Shown here: piece after piece, positions 23,673-31,659 of the stretch
Layout of the letters: every line of letters begins with the position of its first letter
Position numbering within the stretch: position 1 is the stretch's first letter
IMG/VR virus record: IMGVR_UViG_3300048912_000255
Span: 1-59,389 of that record
Source of the DNA: a virus
Length of the DNA: 59,389 nt
Direction: 5' to 3' (one strand)
Notes under the pieces: model-generated
What the model saw: only the letters and a program-made list of their open reading frames with translations
Told to the model about the DNA's origin: nothing
Database searches by the model: none
Position numbers and translations under genes: made by a program

Positions 23673-23894
23673 CTAGTCGTTGAGGCTGTTGAGGTACTTC
23701 TGGGCGGCCGCCGTCATGGGCTGCAGCTTGACCTCGCCGGTGGCGAAGTCTATGGTCTGGACGGCCTTGGTGCCGGTGTCCTCGGGCTTGGTGAGGAGGT
23801 AGGTACCGCCGGCGATGAGCAGCGACATCCACCAGGAGGTGTTGAGCCAGATGAAGGAGCCCAACCCGGCGGCGATCGTCAGTATCTTCGTCAT
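23673..23894 (-). CDS. Small membrane protein (73 aa from MTKILTIAAG)
   Basis: Two hydrophobic stretches. Confidence 0.45.
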   Translation of the reverse strand: MTKILTIAAGLGSFIWLNTSWWMSLLIAGGTYLLTKPEDTGTKAVQTIDFATGEVKLQPMTAAAQKYLNSLND

Positions 23895-23939
23895 GCTTAG
23901 TACCTTATACTCTGGCCGGCTGGTGCGCAATGACCAGGC

Positions 23940-24227
23940 CTACTTGAGCTTCCAGTCTCGAAGCTTCTGCAGTCGCCAGTTGTAGAGGTCGGCCAGATTG
24001 GAGGTGACCTCCCACACCATGGGTTGGCCGGGGCGGGGATTCTCCGAGTCGGTGACCAGGCCCTCGGACTTGTAGTGGCGTAGGTCGTGGAGGATGTTGT
24101 CGGGGGGTGACATGAGAATCTTGGCGAGTCGGGAGGGGGTAGTGGGTCCGAGGGTGAGCACGGCCCAGAGGGTGGGTCGTTCGATGCGGAGTTGTTCGAG
24201 GGCGGCGTAGGCTTCCCAGTCTTCCAT
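23940..24227 (-). CDS. Winged-helix (MarR/ArsR-like) DNA-binding protein (95 aa from MEDWEAY)
   Basis: RPTLWAVLTLGPTTPSRLAKILMSPPDNILHDLRHYKSEGLV resembles a wHTH recognition unit. Confidence 0.55.
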   Translation of the reverse strand: MEDWEAYAALEQLRIERPTLWAVLTLGPTTPSRLAKILMSPPDNILHDLRHYKSEGLVTDSENPRPGQPMVWEVTSNLADLYNWRLQKLRDWKLK

Positions 24228-24361
24228 GGAGTGACTCCCGAGGGTATGTGGTTTTATGGCGTTTTCTGCGGAGCGCGGCGAAGCCAAGCGCCGTAGCAAA
24301 AAGGACGTAAGGCGATATGCACCCGACGGGCCCCGTCAAGTTGTTTAGATTATTCAAATAC

Positions 24362-24386
24362 CCTCTATAAGCATAGCTTATAGGGG
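24362..24386. promoter_or_regulatory. Inverted repeat CTATAAGC-ata-GCTTATAG (11 of 12 extended) upstream of the wHTH gene
   Basis: Lies in a lower-GC 240-bp gap between the primase and wHTH genes. Confidence 0.5.
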
Positions 24387-24539
24387 TATGAATAATAGGC
24401 GTGCGTGCGCCCGCGTGAGGAAGCACGTAGTCGGTACAAATGGTACGTCACAAAGTTGTTGTCACTTTTTTACGTGCAGGTCAGAGAGGGTGAGGGCCCT
24501 TGATGATCATGACTCTCCGTATGAGGGCCCTCACGGGGT

Positions 24540-26591
24540 TCAGCGTAGCTTCCAGGCCTTGCCGTCGCGGGTGATGATACCTTGGTTAAGTAGATCCGTG
24601 AGCTTTCTGTAGGTTGGGTGGTATGTAGAGCTGAGTTGGGTGGCGAGGTCGGTAGTCGTGAAGCTACCTCCCTGGGAGAGCAGGTCGAGCAGGGGCTGGG
24701 TGGCTCGTGGCTTTGGTGTGGAGGTTTTGGTACGTGTGGATCGGGCGGTGGGTACGTCGGCCTTGGGGGTTTCTTTGGGCTCGAAGATGGGGGTCCACTG
24801 CTTGTTGTCGAGGCCGCTGATGGTGTAGTGCTCTTCGGGGGCGGACTTCGATTCGAATTCGACCTTGAGCTGACCGGGCCGGCCCCCTCGAGTAATGTAG
24901 AGGCTGTCTTCAGCCCAGGCATGGAGGGCGGTCGAGCCGAGCAGCTTCTGCCCACCCCGTCGGGCATCGTCAGCTCCGCCCTTGCCCATGTGGTGAACGA
25001 AGCGAAGGGCGGCACCATGCTTGCGCATGAGCAGCTTCATCGGCTTGAAGATGCGCGTGGTCAGCTGCTGGGCCTTGTTCTCTTCGACATCGCCGGCAAC
25101 GTTCATCAGAGTGTCGATGATGACGAGGTGGTAGGGTCGGCCATCCATGCCGGCGGCGAGCGTCTCATCGAGCCATTCCTGCCACCCGGGGTCCGAGGCG
25201 ATGAACCCTTCCATGCAGTAGATGTCGATGTCGGGATCGAACTCCTCGGGGTCACCGGGGATCCAGAGAACGTCCTTGCCGCCATTCATGAGGCGCATCT
25301 TATCCACCGTCTTGCCACGCCAGATCTTACGCGACCTGGACTTGACGGTGATGGCCGAGTCCTCTTCCTGGATGTAGAGCACCGGGCCGGGGCGGATCAC
25401 TCGGAAGTAATCGAGGAAGTCAGCCCCGGTCGAGACCGAGAGCGCCAGGTCGAGGGCGAGCCAGGACTTGAAGCTCTTCGGTGCGCCAGCGAGGAACCCA
25501 ACCGAGCCATCAGTGGCGATGCCCTCGACGAGCCAGGTGGGCGGCTTCACGTCCTTGAGAAAGGCCGCGAGTCGTTGGGGCTTGGGCTTGGGGGTCTGTT
25601 CTTCCTCAAGCGCTTCCTGAGTCTCCGGCGAGCGTTGCTCGATGGCCTTCGTCGCTTCGGTGATGAGGCGTTTCATCTCATCGTGACGACCCTCGAACTT
25701 GTTCCACACCGTACCGCGAATGATGGAGACGATCTCCTGCACGGTGCAGCCAGCATCGGCGAGGCATCGAGTCAGGTACCAGAGGTTATCACCTCGAGTA
25801 CCCTGCGGGCCGGCGGCATCACGGGCGCTGAGCAGATCCCGGGCTCGCTGGTTGAGCTTGAGTTTGACCCGAGCGACAACGGCATGGCGGTCGATGCCGT
25901 CGATCTCAGACTCGATGATCTCGCCGAGCTTATCCGCGGTAAGCGCGCCCTTGACCTCCGGCAGAGCCTTGAAGTCATCCATCTCGTACATCGGACCGCG
26001 CTCCCAGAGCAGCTTGCCGATGACGGTGGTCTTGCCGTTCTTGCGGTACTCGGGCTTGTGGTTCGGCCAGCCCGGGATGCGCAGCAGCTGAGTGGTGTCC
26101 CAGCCAGAGCGGTCCGCTTCGAGGTAGTAAGAGAGTCGCTGGTTCTCGTTGCCCGGCCAGCTCGCGCCCTGGAAGTCACCGAGCGAGGGGTTACCCAGCC
26201 AGAGGCCCTGGTATCGACCGGGCGAGGACTCCCAGGCGATCGTGGGCTTGAAGTCTGAGTTGCCCCTCAGCTTCTTGGGATCGGCCTCATCGAGGTCAGC
26301 CCAGAGGGCGTGCTCATCCATGGCCAGTTCGGACTGGCGGTCGGGCCCCTCGAAGATGCTCGGGCACCAGTAAAGGTCATGCTGGGTGTGGGCCTTCATG
26401 TGGGCGAGGATCTTGGACTTATCCTCGGGCCACTTGAATGCTCGGTTTTCGTGGAAGCCAGCGCGTCGCTGACCAGTGCGGATCTGCTCCTCCCGATCGA
26501 TGTGCGGGAAGAACACATACCCGTCCTGACTCCCCCATGCACGCGAGATAATGCTGAGGGCTTTGGCGGGCGTGATGCTCGGTTCGGTCAC
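24540..26591 (-). CDS. Primase-polymerase / RepA-like (AAA_25-type) helicase with a C-terminal wHTH
   Basis: N-terminal prim-pol-like YVFFPHID, ALWADLDEADP, ESSPGRYQGLW; P-loop GFLAGAPKSFKSWLALDLAL; C-terminal LLDLLSQGGSFTTTDLATQL. Confidence 0.85.
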   Translation of the reverse strand: MTEPSITPAKALSIISRAWGSQDGYVFFPHIDREEQIRTGQRRAGFHENRAFKWPEDKSKILAHMKAHTQHDLYWCPSIFEGPDRQSELAMDEHALWADLDEADPKKLRGNSDFKPTIAWESSPGRYQGLWLGNPSLGDFQGASWPGNENQRLSYYLEADRSGWDTTQLLRIPGWPNHKPEYRKNGKTTVIGKLLWERGPMYEMDDFKALPEVKGALTADKLGEIIESEIDGIDRHAVVARVKLKLNQRARDLLSARDAAGPQGTRGDNLWYLTRCLADAGCTVQEIVSIIRGTVWNKFEGRHDEMKRLITEATKAIEQRSPETQEALEEEQTPKPKPQRLAAFLKDVKPPTWLVEGIATDGSVGFLAGAPKSFKSWLALDLALSVSTGADFLDYFRVIRPGPVLYIQEEDSAITVKSRSRKIWRGKTVDKMRLMNGGKDVLWIPGDPEEFDPDIDIYCMEGFIASDPGWQEWLDETLAAGMDGRPYHLVIIDTLMNVAGDVEENKAQQLTTRIFKPMKLLMRKHGAALRFVHHMGKGGADDARRGGQKLLGSTALHAWAEDSLYITRGGRPGQLKVEFESKSAPEEHYTISGLDNKQWTPIFEPKETPKADVPTARSTRTKTSTPKPRATQPLLDLLSQGGSFTTTDLATQLSSTYHPTYRKLTDLLNQGIITRDGKAWKLR

Positions 26592-26839
26592 AGAGTGCCG
26601 TCCTCGAAGGCCGCGTAGAGGCGCTCGGTGATCTCGCGGATGGCCCGCACCTTGGGGTCAGTGGGGTCGGGCCGGCGATCGCGTCCCTTGGCGGCAAGAA
26701 CCTCCTTGTTGAGGAACTCCCTGATCGCAGCTCGGAGCTTGACCTGGCCCCTCTCCACACCCTGCTTGTAGATCTTGGTGCCCAGCTCGTCGAGTTCCTC
26801 GAAGTTCTCGGGCAACTTATCCCCGACGTCGACAGCCAT
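26588..26839 (-). CDS. Hypothetical protein (83 aa)
   Basis: ORF track; 4-nt overlap with the primase gene start. Confidence 0.5.
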   Translation of the reverse strand: MAVDVGDKLPENFEELDELGTKIYKQGVERGQVKLRAAIREFLNKEVLAAKGRDRRPDPTDPKVRAIREITERLYAAFEDGTL

Positions 26840-26880
26840 AACTACACCCTCCCATGTCAGTTGTTTTTGTCATTGCGTCG

Positions 26881-26910
26881 ACGATATCGCGGGCACATAA
26901 ACAAGTTCAA
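26881..26910 (-). promoter_or_regulatory. Promoter TTGAAC-18-TATCGT (primase operon)
   Basis: Verified against ORF 26854..27036 codons. Divergent partner of the 26951 promoter. Confidence 0.5.
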
Positions 26911-26950
26911 GTCTGGCTGGAGTTGTTATTCCGGCGGAAGAATACCTGCC

Positions 26951-26980
26951 TTGACCCCGCCCTTTTGCCAAGCATAGTAT
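26951..26980 (+). promoter_or_regulatory. Promoter TTGACC-17/18-ATAGTAT (plus-strand block)
   Basis: Verified against ORF 26854..27036 codons. Confidence 0.55.
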
Positions 26981-27019
26981 GGGCTTGCATCATTCGCCCT
27001 TTGACCGAGGAACCGATCG

Positions 27020-27622
27020 TTGATCACGCTGCCTGAGTTGCTCAAGGACCCCAAGTACCGGGAGTTCTTCACCACGGTGCCCAAGACGTTGGTGCCGAAG
27101 CCGGGTCAGAAGCCGTGGAGGCTGTACATCCAGAAGGAGGCCGACGGGCCCTGGTACAAGAAGGACTTCGAGAAGTATGCAGATGCCTTCCGACTCCTGG
27201 CCCGTGGTCTCAAGGGTAACAACCCGCCTCACGACGCCACCATCCAGTCCCGTGGGATCGCCTACGCACCTCCCACCCGCATCGCCAAGGTCACAAAGAA
27301 TGGTCGTCCGGTCTACCAGGTCGGCTCCGACGGCAAGCGCCGCCAGAAGACGGTCACGGTCCAGTGGCGACCTCGACTCGATGGCATGGATGAGGCCCAT
27401 ACCTGGTGCCCCTACTGCCGGCGACCCACCACGTTCAAGTGGTTCCGTAGTCACCACGCTCTCCGGGCTTCCGGTATGGATGGCCTTGTCGATCCGAGCG
27501 ACAAGCGATGCGTCATCTGCGGGGTTCGCGAAAGCTTCGCCCTGGCGGTACTCCCGACCGCCCGGCTCCCCCACTTCGATCCTCGTGACGCCGTCCGTCA
27601 GGGTCGTAAGGCACGTCGATAG
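27020..27622 (+). CDS. Hypothetical protein with a zinc-ribbon motif (200 aa, TTG start)
   Basis: GAGGAA lies 7 nt before the TTG; CPYC...CVIC. Confidence 0.55.
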   Translation: MITLPELLKDPKYREFFTTVPKTLVPKPGQKPWRLYIQKEADGPWYKKDFEKYADAFRLLARGLKGNNPPHDATIQSRGIAYAPPTRIAKVTKNGRPVYQVGSDGKRRQKTVTVQWRPRLDGMDEAHTWCPYCRRPTTFKWFRSHHALRASGMDGLVDPSDKRCVICGVRESFALAVLPTARLPHFDPRDAVRQGRKARR

Positions 27623-27624
27623 GA

Positions 27625-27837
27625 ATGCCCATGCTCCCCACACGAACCACCCATCACCGCTGGGTTCGGTACACTCTCGAGGGCGGGGACGTCATCGTCG
27701 ACCCCATGACTGGCGAGCCCCTCTTCGTCGAACGTACCGAGCGATCCGTTGGGGAGCAGATCGGCTGCGCGCTTTGCGACGAGCCTTTGACCCCCACCTC
27801 GGCCGTGGTACCATGCTTGGGCAGCAGCGAATGCTGA
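27625..27837 (+). CDS. Hypothetical protein (70 aa)
   Basis: ORF track; begins 3 nt after the previous stop. Confidence 0.4.
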   Translation: MPMLPTRTTHHRWVRYTLEGGDVIVDPMTGEPLFVERTERSVGEQIGCALCDEPLTPTSAVVPCLGSSEC

Positions 27838-27868
27838 CTGCCTCGACCCCCAAGAAGGAGCTGATCCG

Positions 27869-28375
27869 ATGACCATCCGAGGCATTCTGCTGACCGTCGG
27901 CGAGGACCTGCAGGACTCCAGCACCGTGCCGGCCTACTACGTCGAGGCCCCCGACATCTTCGCCCTCTTCAACTTGGCGGGCATGGAGTACGGCGAGCGG
28001 GTCAACACCATCACCGGCATCAAGCACGGCTTCGTCGCCTACGTTGACTCCGATGGTCACGACAACATGCTGAAGCTCAACCGGGTCGGTCAGTCGCTGA
28101 TCAGCTACCCGGGCCCGATCGCCGGCAACGTTCTGATCGTCAGCGAGGCCATGGGTCCGGAGGGGATCGAGGCGGTCAGCCTCTCCGGCGAGGGCGACCA
28201 GTACGTGCGGTACTACCTCAAGCGAGACCGACTGCCGGCCTGGACCGGGGCCAACGCCAAGGCCGAGATCGACACCGAGGGTAAGCGGGAGGACCGCCCC
28301 GGGCTGACCCCCCTCCCGCTCGGCGACGACCCCATCGCCGCGCTCTCCCACCTCAAGAACTACGGCCGCTACTAA
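27869..28375 (+). CDS. Hypothetical protein (168 aa)
   Basis: AAGGAGCTGATCCG directly before the ATG. Confidence 0.6.
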   Translation: MTIRGILLTVGEDLQDSSTVPAYYVEAPDIFALFNLAGMEYGERVNTITGIKHGFVAYVDSDGHDNMLKLNRVGQSLISYPGPIAGNVLIVSEAMGPEGIEAVSLSGEGDQYVRYYLKRDRLPAWTGANAKAEIDTEGKREDRPGLTPLPLGDDPIAALSHLKNYGRY

Positions 28376-28390
28376 CAACCAGTAACCGGG

Positions 28391-28420
28391 GGCCGGCCAT
28401 CGCGCCGGCCTCTTCGGTGT
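28391..28420 (+). terminator. Hairpin GGCCGGC-catcgc-GCCGGCC with a TCTTCGGTGTGG tail
   Basis: Begins 16 nt after the stop at 28375. Confidence 0.55.
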
Positions 28421-28430
28421 GGAGGACGAA

Positions 28431-28601
28431 ATGTACGAGAAGATCCGTATTGGCTTCCTGACGCTCGCGGCTATGCTGATAGGCATACTCATGGTCGAGG
28501 CAGCCCACGCTCCCCAGTGCACGCCCAGGATTGTCCAGAGCAGCGATGAGGCAACGGCCCCGGGCGTCACCCCGCCGGCCAGTTCGATACGCTGCGACTA
28601 G
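28431..28601 (+). CDS. Small signal-peptide/membrane protein (56 aa from MYEKIRIGF)
   Basis: GGAGGACGAA before the ATG; hydrophobic FLTLAAMLIGILMVEAAHA. Confidence 0.4.
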   Translation: MYEKIRIGFLTLAAMLIGILMVEAAHAPQCTPRIVQSSDEATAPGVTPPASSIRCD

Positions 28602-28603
28602 CC

Positions 28604-28632
28604 TTGACGGGGCGTCAGGCCGTTGGTAAGGT
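28604..28632 (+). promoter_or_regulatory. Promoter TTGACG-17-TAAGGT
   Basis: Read on the plus strand; anchored on the TTG at 28604. Confidence 0.55.
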
Positions 28633-28672
28633 GATGCCATCAACACCACCTATTACCAAGGAGCTGATCCCG

Positions 28673-28951
28673 ATGACTCTCCCCTTTGACCCCTTCCTGC
28701 CCCAGATGTTGGTCTGCACCGTCTGCGAGACGATCTTCCAGCAGGCCCACACCGAAGGGGTCGAGGTCATCTGCCCCCACCCCCGGTGCGGTGCCTCGGA
28801 GGCCGACTTCTGGGTGGTCCTCGAGAACGAGGTCGACGAGCTCTTCCGGGAGGTCATCGGCACCTCCTTCTGCGTCCACCGCCAGAACAACCTCGGGGCC
28901 ATCGCCCGCATGACCATGGGCTCGATCAATCCCCTGACTCGTCTTCTCTGA
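28673..28951 (+). CDS. Hypothetical zinc-ribbon protein (92 aa from MTLPFDPF)
   Basis: AAGGAGCTGATCCCG before the ATG, nearly the same context as the 27869 gene; CTVC...CPHPRC. Confidence 0.55.
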   Translation: MTLPFDPFLPQMLVCTVCETIFQQAHTEGVEVICPHPRCGASEADFWVVLENEVDELFREVIGTSFCVHRQNNLGAIARMTMGSINPLTRLL

Positions 28952-29013
28952 CTAATTCACGAAACGAGAGTGGACCCCTATCCTGCTCGGGTGGGGGTTC
29001 CACCATGTTCGCC

Positions 29014-29043
29014 TTGACTTCCGGCTGGCTACGGGCATAGCAT
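29014..29043 (+). promoter_or_regulatory. Promoter TTGACT-17/18-ATAGCAT
   Basis: Verified against ORF 28786..29040 codons. Confidence 0.5.
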
Positions 29044-29091
29044 CATTCTTGCTTCGCCGCGAAGCACCACCTAATGACCGAGGAGGGGAAC

Positions 29092-29457
29092 GTGGCCGAG
29101 GAGAAAACTTTCTCCGCTAAGCAGGTCGCGACCCGGATCGGGACTGACGCAAGGCAACTGCGCAAGTTCTTCCGGGATTCGGAATCCGGCTACGACGCCG
29201 TAGGACAGGGGGGTCGTTATGACTTCCCGGAATCCCAGCTGCCTGAGATCAAGGCTAAGTTCGATGCTTGGGCCTCGACGAAGACCCGTCGAAACAGGGT
29301 GAAGGCGACTACCGCCGCAGGGGGTGTTACTCATGCCACGCCTTTGCCCCGACAGCGACAGCTCCCCCGGCCGTCTCAGCGACCGCTGCCGCGCATCATC
29401 ATGACCCCGGAAGAGAAGAAGGAGTACGATGAAGCCGTAGATAACCCCCAGCGCTAA
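29092..29457 (+). CDS. Paralogue family member 2 (121 aa from GTG 29092; alternative ATG 29074)
   Basis: TGACCGAGGAGG plus 5 nt plus GTG mirrors the 29582 start context. FSAKQVATRIGTDARQLRKFFRDSESGYDAVGQGGRYDFPESQLPEIKAKFDAW. Confidence 0.55.
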   Translation: MAEEKTFSAKQVATRIGTDARQLRKFFRDSESGYDAVGQGGRYDFPESQLPEIKAKFDAWASTKTRRNRVKATTAAGGVTHATPLPRQRQLPRPSQRPLPRIIMTPEEKKEYDEAVDNPQR

Positions 29458-29471
29458 TCCTTACCGGATCG

Positions 29472-29510
29472 TCGGGGCGGCCTACTTGGTCGCCTCGGTG
29501 GTGTGTGGGG
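29472..29510 (+). terminator. Weak hairpin followed by GGTGGTGTGTGGGG
   Basis: TCGGGGCG / CGCCTCGG stem (with G-U pairs) and an 11-nt loop; begins 15 nt after the stop at 29457. Confidence 0.4.
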
Positions 29511-29514
29511 TACC

Positions 29515-29543
29515 TTGACGGGCAGTCAGGGAGGGTATACGAT
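29515..29543 (+). promoter_or_regulatory. Promoter TTGACG-17-TACGAT
   Basis: Verified against ORF 29503..30189 codons. Confidence 0.55.
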
Positions 29544-29581
29544 GGCATCACAACGCACCACCCCTGACCGAGGAGGATGCA

Positions 29582-30079
29582 ATGCCCGACCGTACGACCA
29601 CCGCGTTTCTGACGCTGATGAAGGTGCCCGCCGGATTCCACGAGGTGAGGGGTTACCTCGAGCCCATGAACTACAAGGGCAACAAGATCCTCGCCAGCCG
29701 GGGCTCCTGCAAGCACGAGAAGTGCCCCTGGAACAACACCTACGCCAACCGGGGCGGCCTGATCAACGGCATCTGGCAGCACCGCCGGCAGCACATCCTG
29801 GAGCTGCGCCGGCAGCGACTCACCAAGGTGCACAACCACGACCGCCGCTGGATCGAGCACGACCTGATCCGCGCCGCCGACCGCCTGACCCACACCGAGG
29901 AGGACTGGCTGATCTCGGTCCGGGCCTGCCTGGACGCCTGGAACCTTCACATCGTCGAGGTCGACCAGTACGCGCCGAGGCTGATGACCTTCTACAACGT
30001 CGGCCTTCTCGCCAGCCAGGCGGCGGACCGCATCATGGAGATCGAGGCCTCCAAGGTGATGGCTCCCATCCCCAGCTGA
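29582..30079 (+). CDS. Hypothetical protein (165 aa)
   Basis: TGACCGAGGAGG plus 5 nt plus ATG. Confidence 0.6.
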   Translation: MPDRTTTAFLTLMKVPAGFHEVRGYLEPMNYKGNKILASRGSCKHEKCPWNNTYANRGGLINGIWQHRRQHILELRRQRLTKVHNHDRRWIEHDLIRAADRLTHTEEDWLISVRACLDAWNLHIVEVDQYAPRLMTFYNVGLLASQAADRIMEIEASKVMAPIPS

Positions 30080-30091
30080 CCCCCAAACCGG

Positions 30092-30127
30092 AAGGGCCCG
30101 CATCCCGCGGGCTCTTTTGGTGTGTCG
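30092..30127 (+). terminator. Hairpin AAGGGCCCGC-atccc-GCGGGCTCTT with a TTGGTGTGTCG tail
   Basis: Begins 13 nt after the stop at 30079. Confidence 0.6.
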
Positions 30128-30221
30128 CCCCTCGCATCATCGCTCGATCGATCGCGCATGCATCATCTCTGAGCTGTCCCCAGGTATAGCAGGTCAGGGC
30201 AGAACCAGCGATTAGGTCGAA

Positions 30222-30235
30222 TGATGCATGCATCA
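30222..30235. promoter_or_regulatory. 14-bp perfect palindrome TGATGCATGCATCA (operator-like), 36 bp upstream of the 30271 -35 box
   Basis: Verified by codon arithmetic on ORF 30033..30266. A half-site GCATGCATCAT lies at about 30156-30168. Confidence 0.6.
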
Positions 30236-30270
30236 ATTGCCATTCGATTGGGGACGCCCGGGGCAATGCC

Positions 30271-30300
30271 TTGACCCGTTGCCGGCAAATCGCCTATACT
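30271..30300 (+). promoter_or_regulatory. Promoter TTGACC-18-TATACT
   Basis: Verified against ORF 30271..30453 codons. Confidence 0.6.
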
Positions 30301-30337
30301 TGGTATATCGCGCTTACCACTCAAGGAGCTGACCCTC

Positions 30338-30574
30338 ATGCCGAACCGAATCAAGGTTTCCCGGGACACAGGGACTCCGGAGCACATCACCATCTACTGG
30401 GATGTCTATGCCGAGGGAAGCTACATCGCCCGCCGCACCATGCCCGGAGTTAACAAGACCGCGCGCCTGCCGGAGCTCGACTGCGGTGAACTTCTCGAAG
30501 TCATGAAGCACCTGCGCGACTTCCTCAACGACAGCATGCCGCTCGAGTACCTCGAGCCCCCTGAGATCGTCTGA
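30338..30574 (+). CDS. Hypothetical protein (78 aa)
   Basis: CAAGGAGCTGACCCTC before the ATG. Confidence 0.55.
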   Translation: MPNRIKVSRDTGTPEHITIYWDVYAEGSYIARRTMPGVNKTARLPELDCGELLEVMKHLRDFLNDSMPLEYLEPPEIV

Positions 30575-30582
30575 CACCAACC

Positions 30583-30613
30583 CGGCCCCTACCTCGGATC
30601 GAGGCGGGGGCCG
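30583..30613. terminator. Bidirectional stem-loop between convergent genes
   Basis: CGGCCCC...GGGGCCG outer stem with a CCTCG/CGAGG inner stem. GGTGT follows the hairpin on both strands. Confidence 0.55.
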
Positions 30614-30626
30614 AGTGGTGTAGAGA

Positions 30627-30944
30627 TTACCCGAAGGCGGCGGCCGGCGGAGTAGCCGTGGCCTCGCGAAGGTTCACCGAGTACCAGTCGTCGGCCAGCA
30701 GGTCGGTCTGGGAAGCGACCCACGGCACGAACTCGCCCTGGGCGGTGTACATCATGAGGTAGGGGCGGAACTTCATCACCGTGCCCTGAGGGAGGCCGGT
30801 GGAGTTCGCCGTGTTCTCGTTGATCGGGATCCCCTCGGGGTAGCCCGGCTGGAGGACGATGTACATCCCCGCACCGTTCCAACCCGCGCGGGTGAGTCGG
30901 TCGCCAAGCTGGAGCTTGGTCAGGGCAAGCCCGAAGTCGAACAT
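30627..30944 (-). CDS. DUF2829-like protein (family of the Thoeris anti-defence protein Tad2)
   Basis: MFDFGLALTKLQLGDRLTRAGWNGAGMYIVLQPG ... PWVASQTDLLADDWYSV matches the remembered DUF2829 pattern (F..A...L..G..v.R..W.g.g..i ... W..sq.DlLA.DW). Confidence 0.7.
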   Translation of the reverse strand: MFDFGLALTKLQLGDRLTRAGWNGAGMYIVLQPGYPEGIPINENTANSTGLPQGTVMKFRPYLMMYTAQGEFVPWVASQTDLLADDWYSVNLREATATPPAAAFG

Positions 30945-30961
30945 CTGTTGATCTCCTTGTG

Positions 30962-31486
30962 TTAGAGTCGACCCAGACCGAGGTCGATCACCAGGCCGAA
31001 TGCGTTGTTTTCACCCTCACGGCGGCCGAGTACCCGCTCGTCCCGGGTGTGGGGTAGGTCACCCATGCGGTGTTCCCTCAGCGACTCGATGGCCGCCTGG
31101 GTCAGGGACCAACCGGAGTTGGCCTTGCTGGGAGCCCCGAACGTGGGAACCTCCTCGGCAGTCTCAAGCATGGTGTTGATGCGCTTGACCTGCTTGACCC
31201 AGTCCTCGATCAGGGATAGGGCCTCGTTGACTCCGCAGACTACCGCGGCGAAGCCCCCGGCGTCTCTGATCTCCTCGTGCCGAAGCTTCTGGATCTCCGA
31301 GACGTTGTTGCGCTTCGCCGGCATCTTGGTCTCGAGGCCGCAGAAGAAACCCTCCACACAGACGATGATGTCGGGCAACCCGGCCATCATAGAGGGTCCA
31401 CCGTGCACCTTGAAGGCGAAGTAGCCCTTGGCGCGGAGAGCTTTCAGGATGTCACCTGAGAGCTTGGATTCAGCTTGCTTGCTCAT
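30962..31486 (-). CDS. VRR-NUC / PD-(D/E)XK nuclease
   Basis: GLPDIIVCVEGFFCGLETKMP gives the D...E.K catalytic arrangement. Confidence 0.7.
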   Translation of the reverse strand: MSKQAESKLSGDILKALRAKGYFAFKVHGGPSMMAGLPDIIVCVEGFFCGLETKMPAKRNNVSEIQKLRHEEIRDAGGFAAVVCGVNEALSLIEDWVKQVKRINTMLETAEEVPTFGAPSKANSGWSLTQAAIESLREHRMGDLPHTRDERVLGRREGENNAFGLVIDLGLGRL

Positions 31487-31659
31487 CGCTGCCTGCCTTT
31501 TCAGCTACGATTATGGGCGACCCGACCCCCCCACCTTTGACCGAGGAAGTTAGTTGGAGGTCGGATCGCCCAAGCTTGTTACCTGATCATCGTCTCATCC
31601 CCGCAGCGCGGTTGTCAAGGCCGCTAGCGGAGGGTGGATGAGCCGCTTGAGTCCGGTGC

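Noticed and set aside
31513-31575. Plus-strand gene start at the orphan TGACCGAGGAAG copy
   Set aside because: No start codon or open frame follows it. It sits in the loop of a long hairpin (GGGCGACCCGAC / GTCGGATCGCCC) that more likely terminates the 31660 gene.
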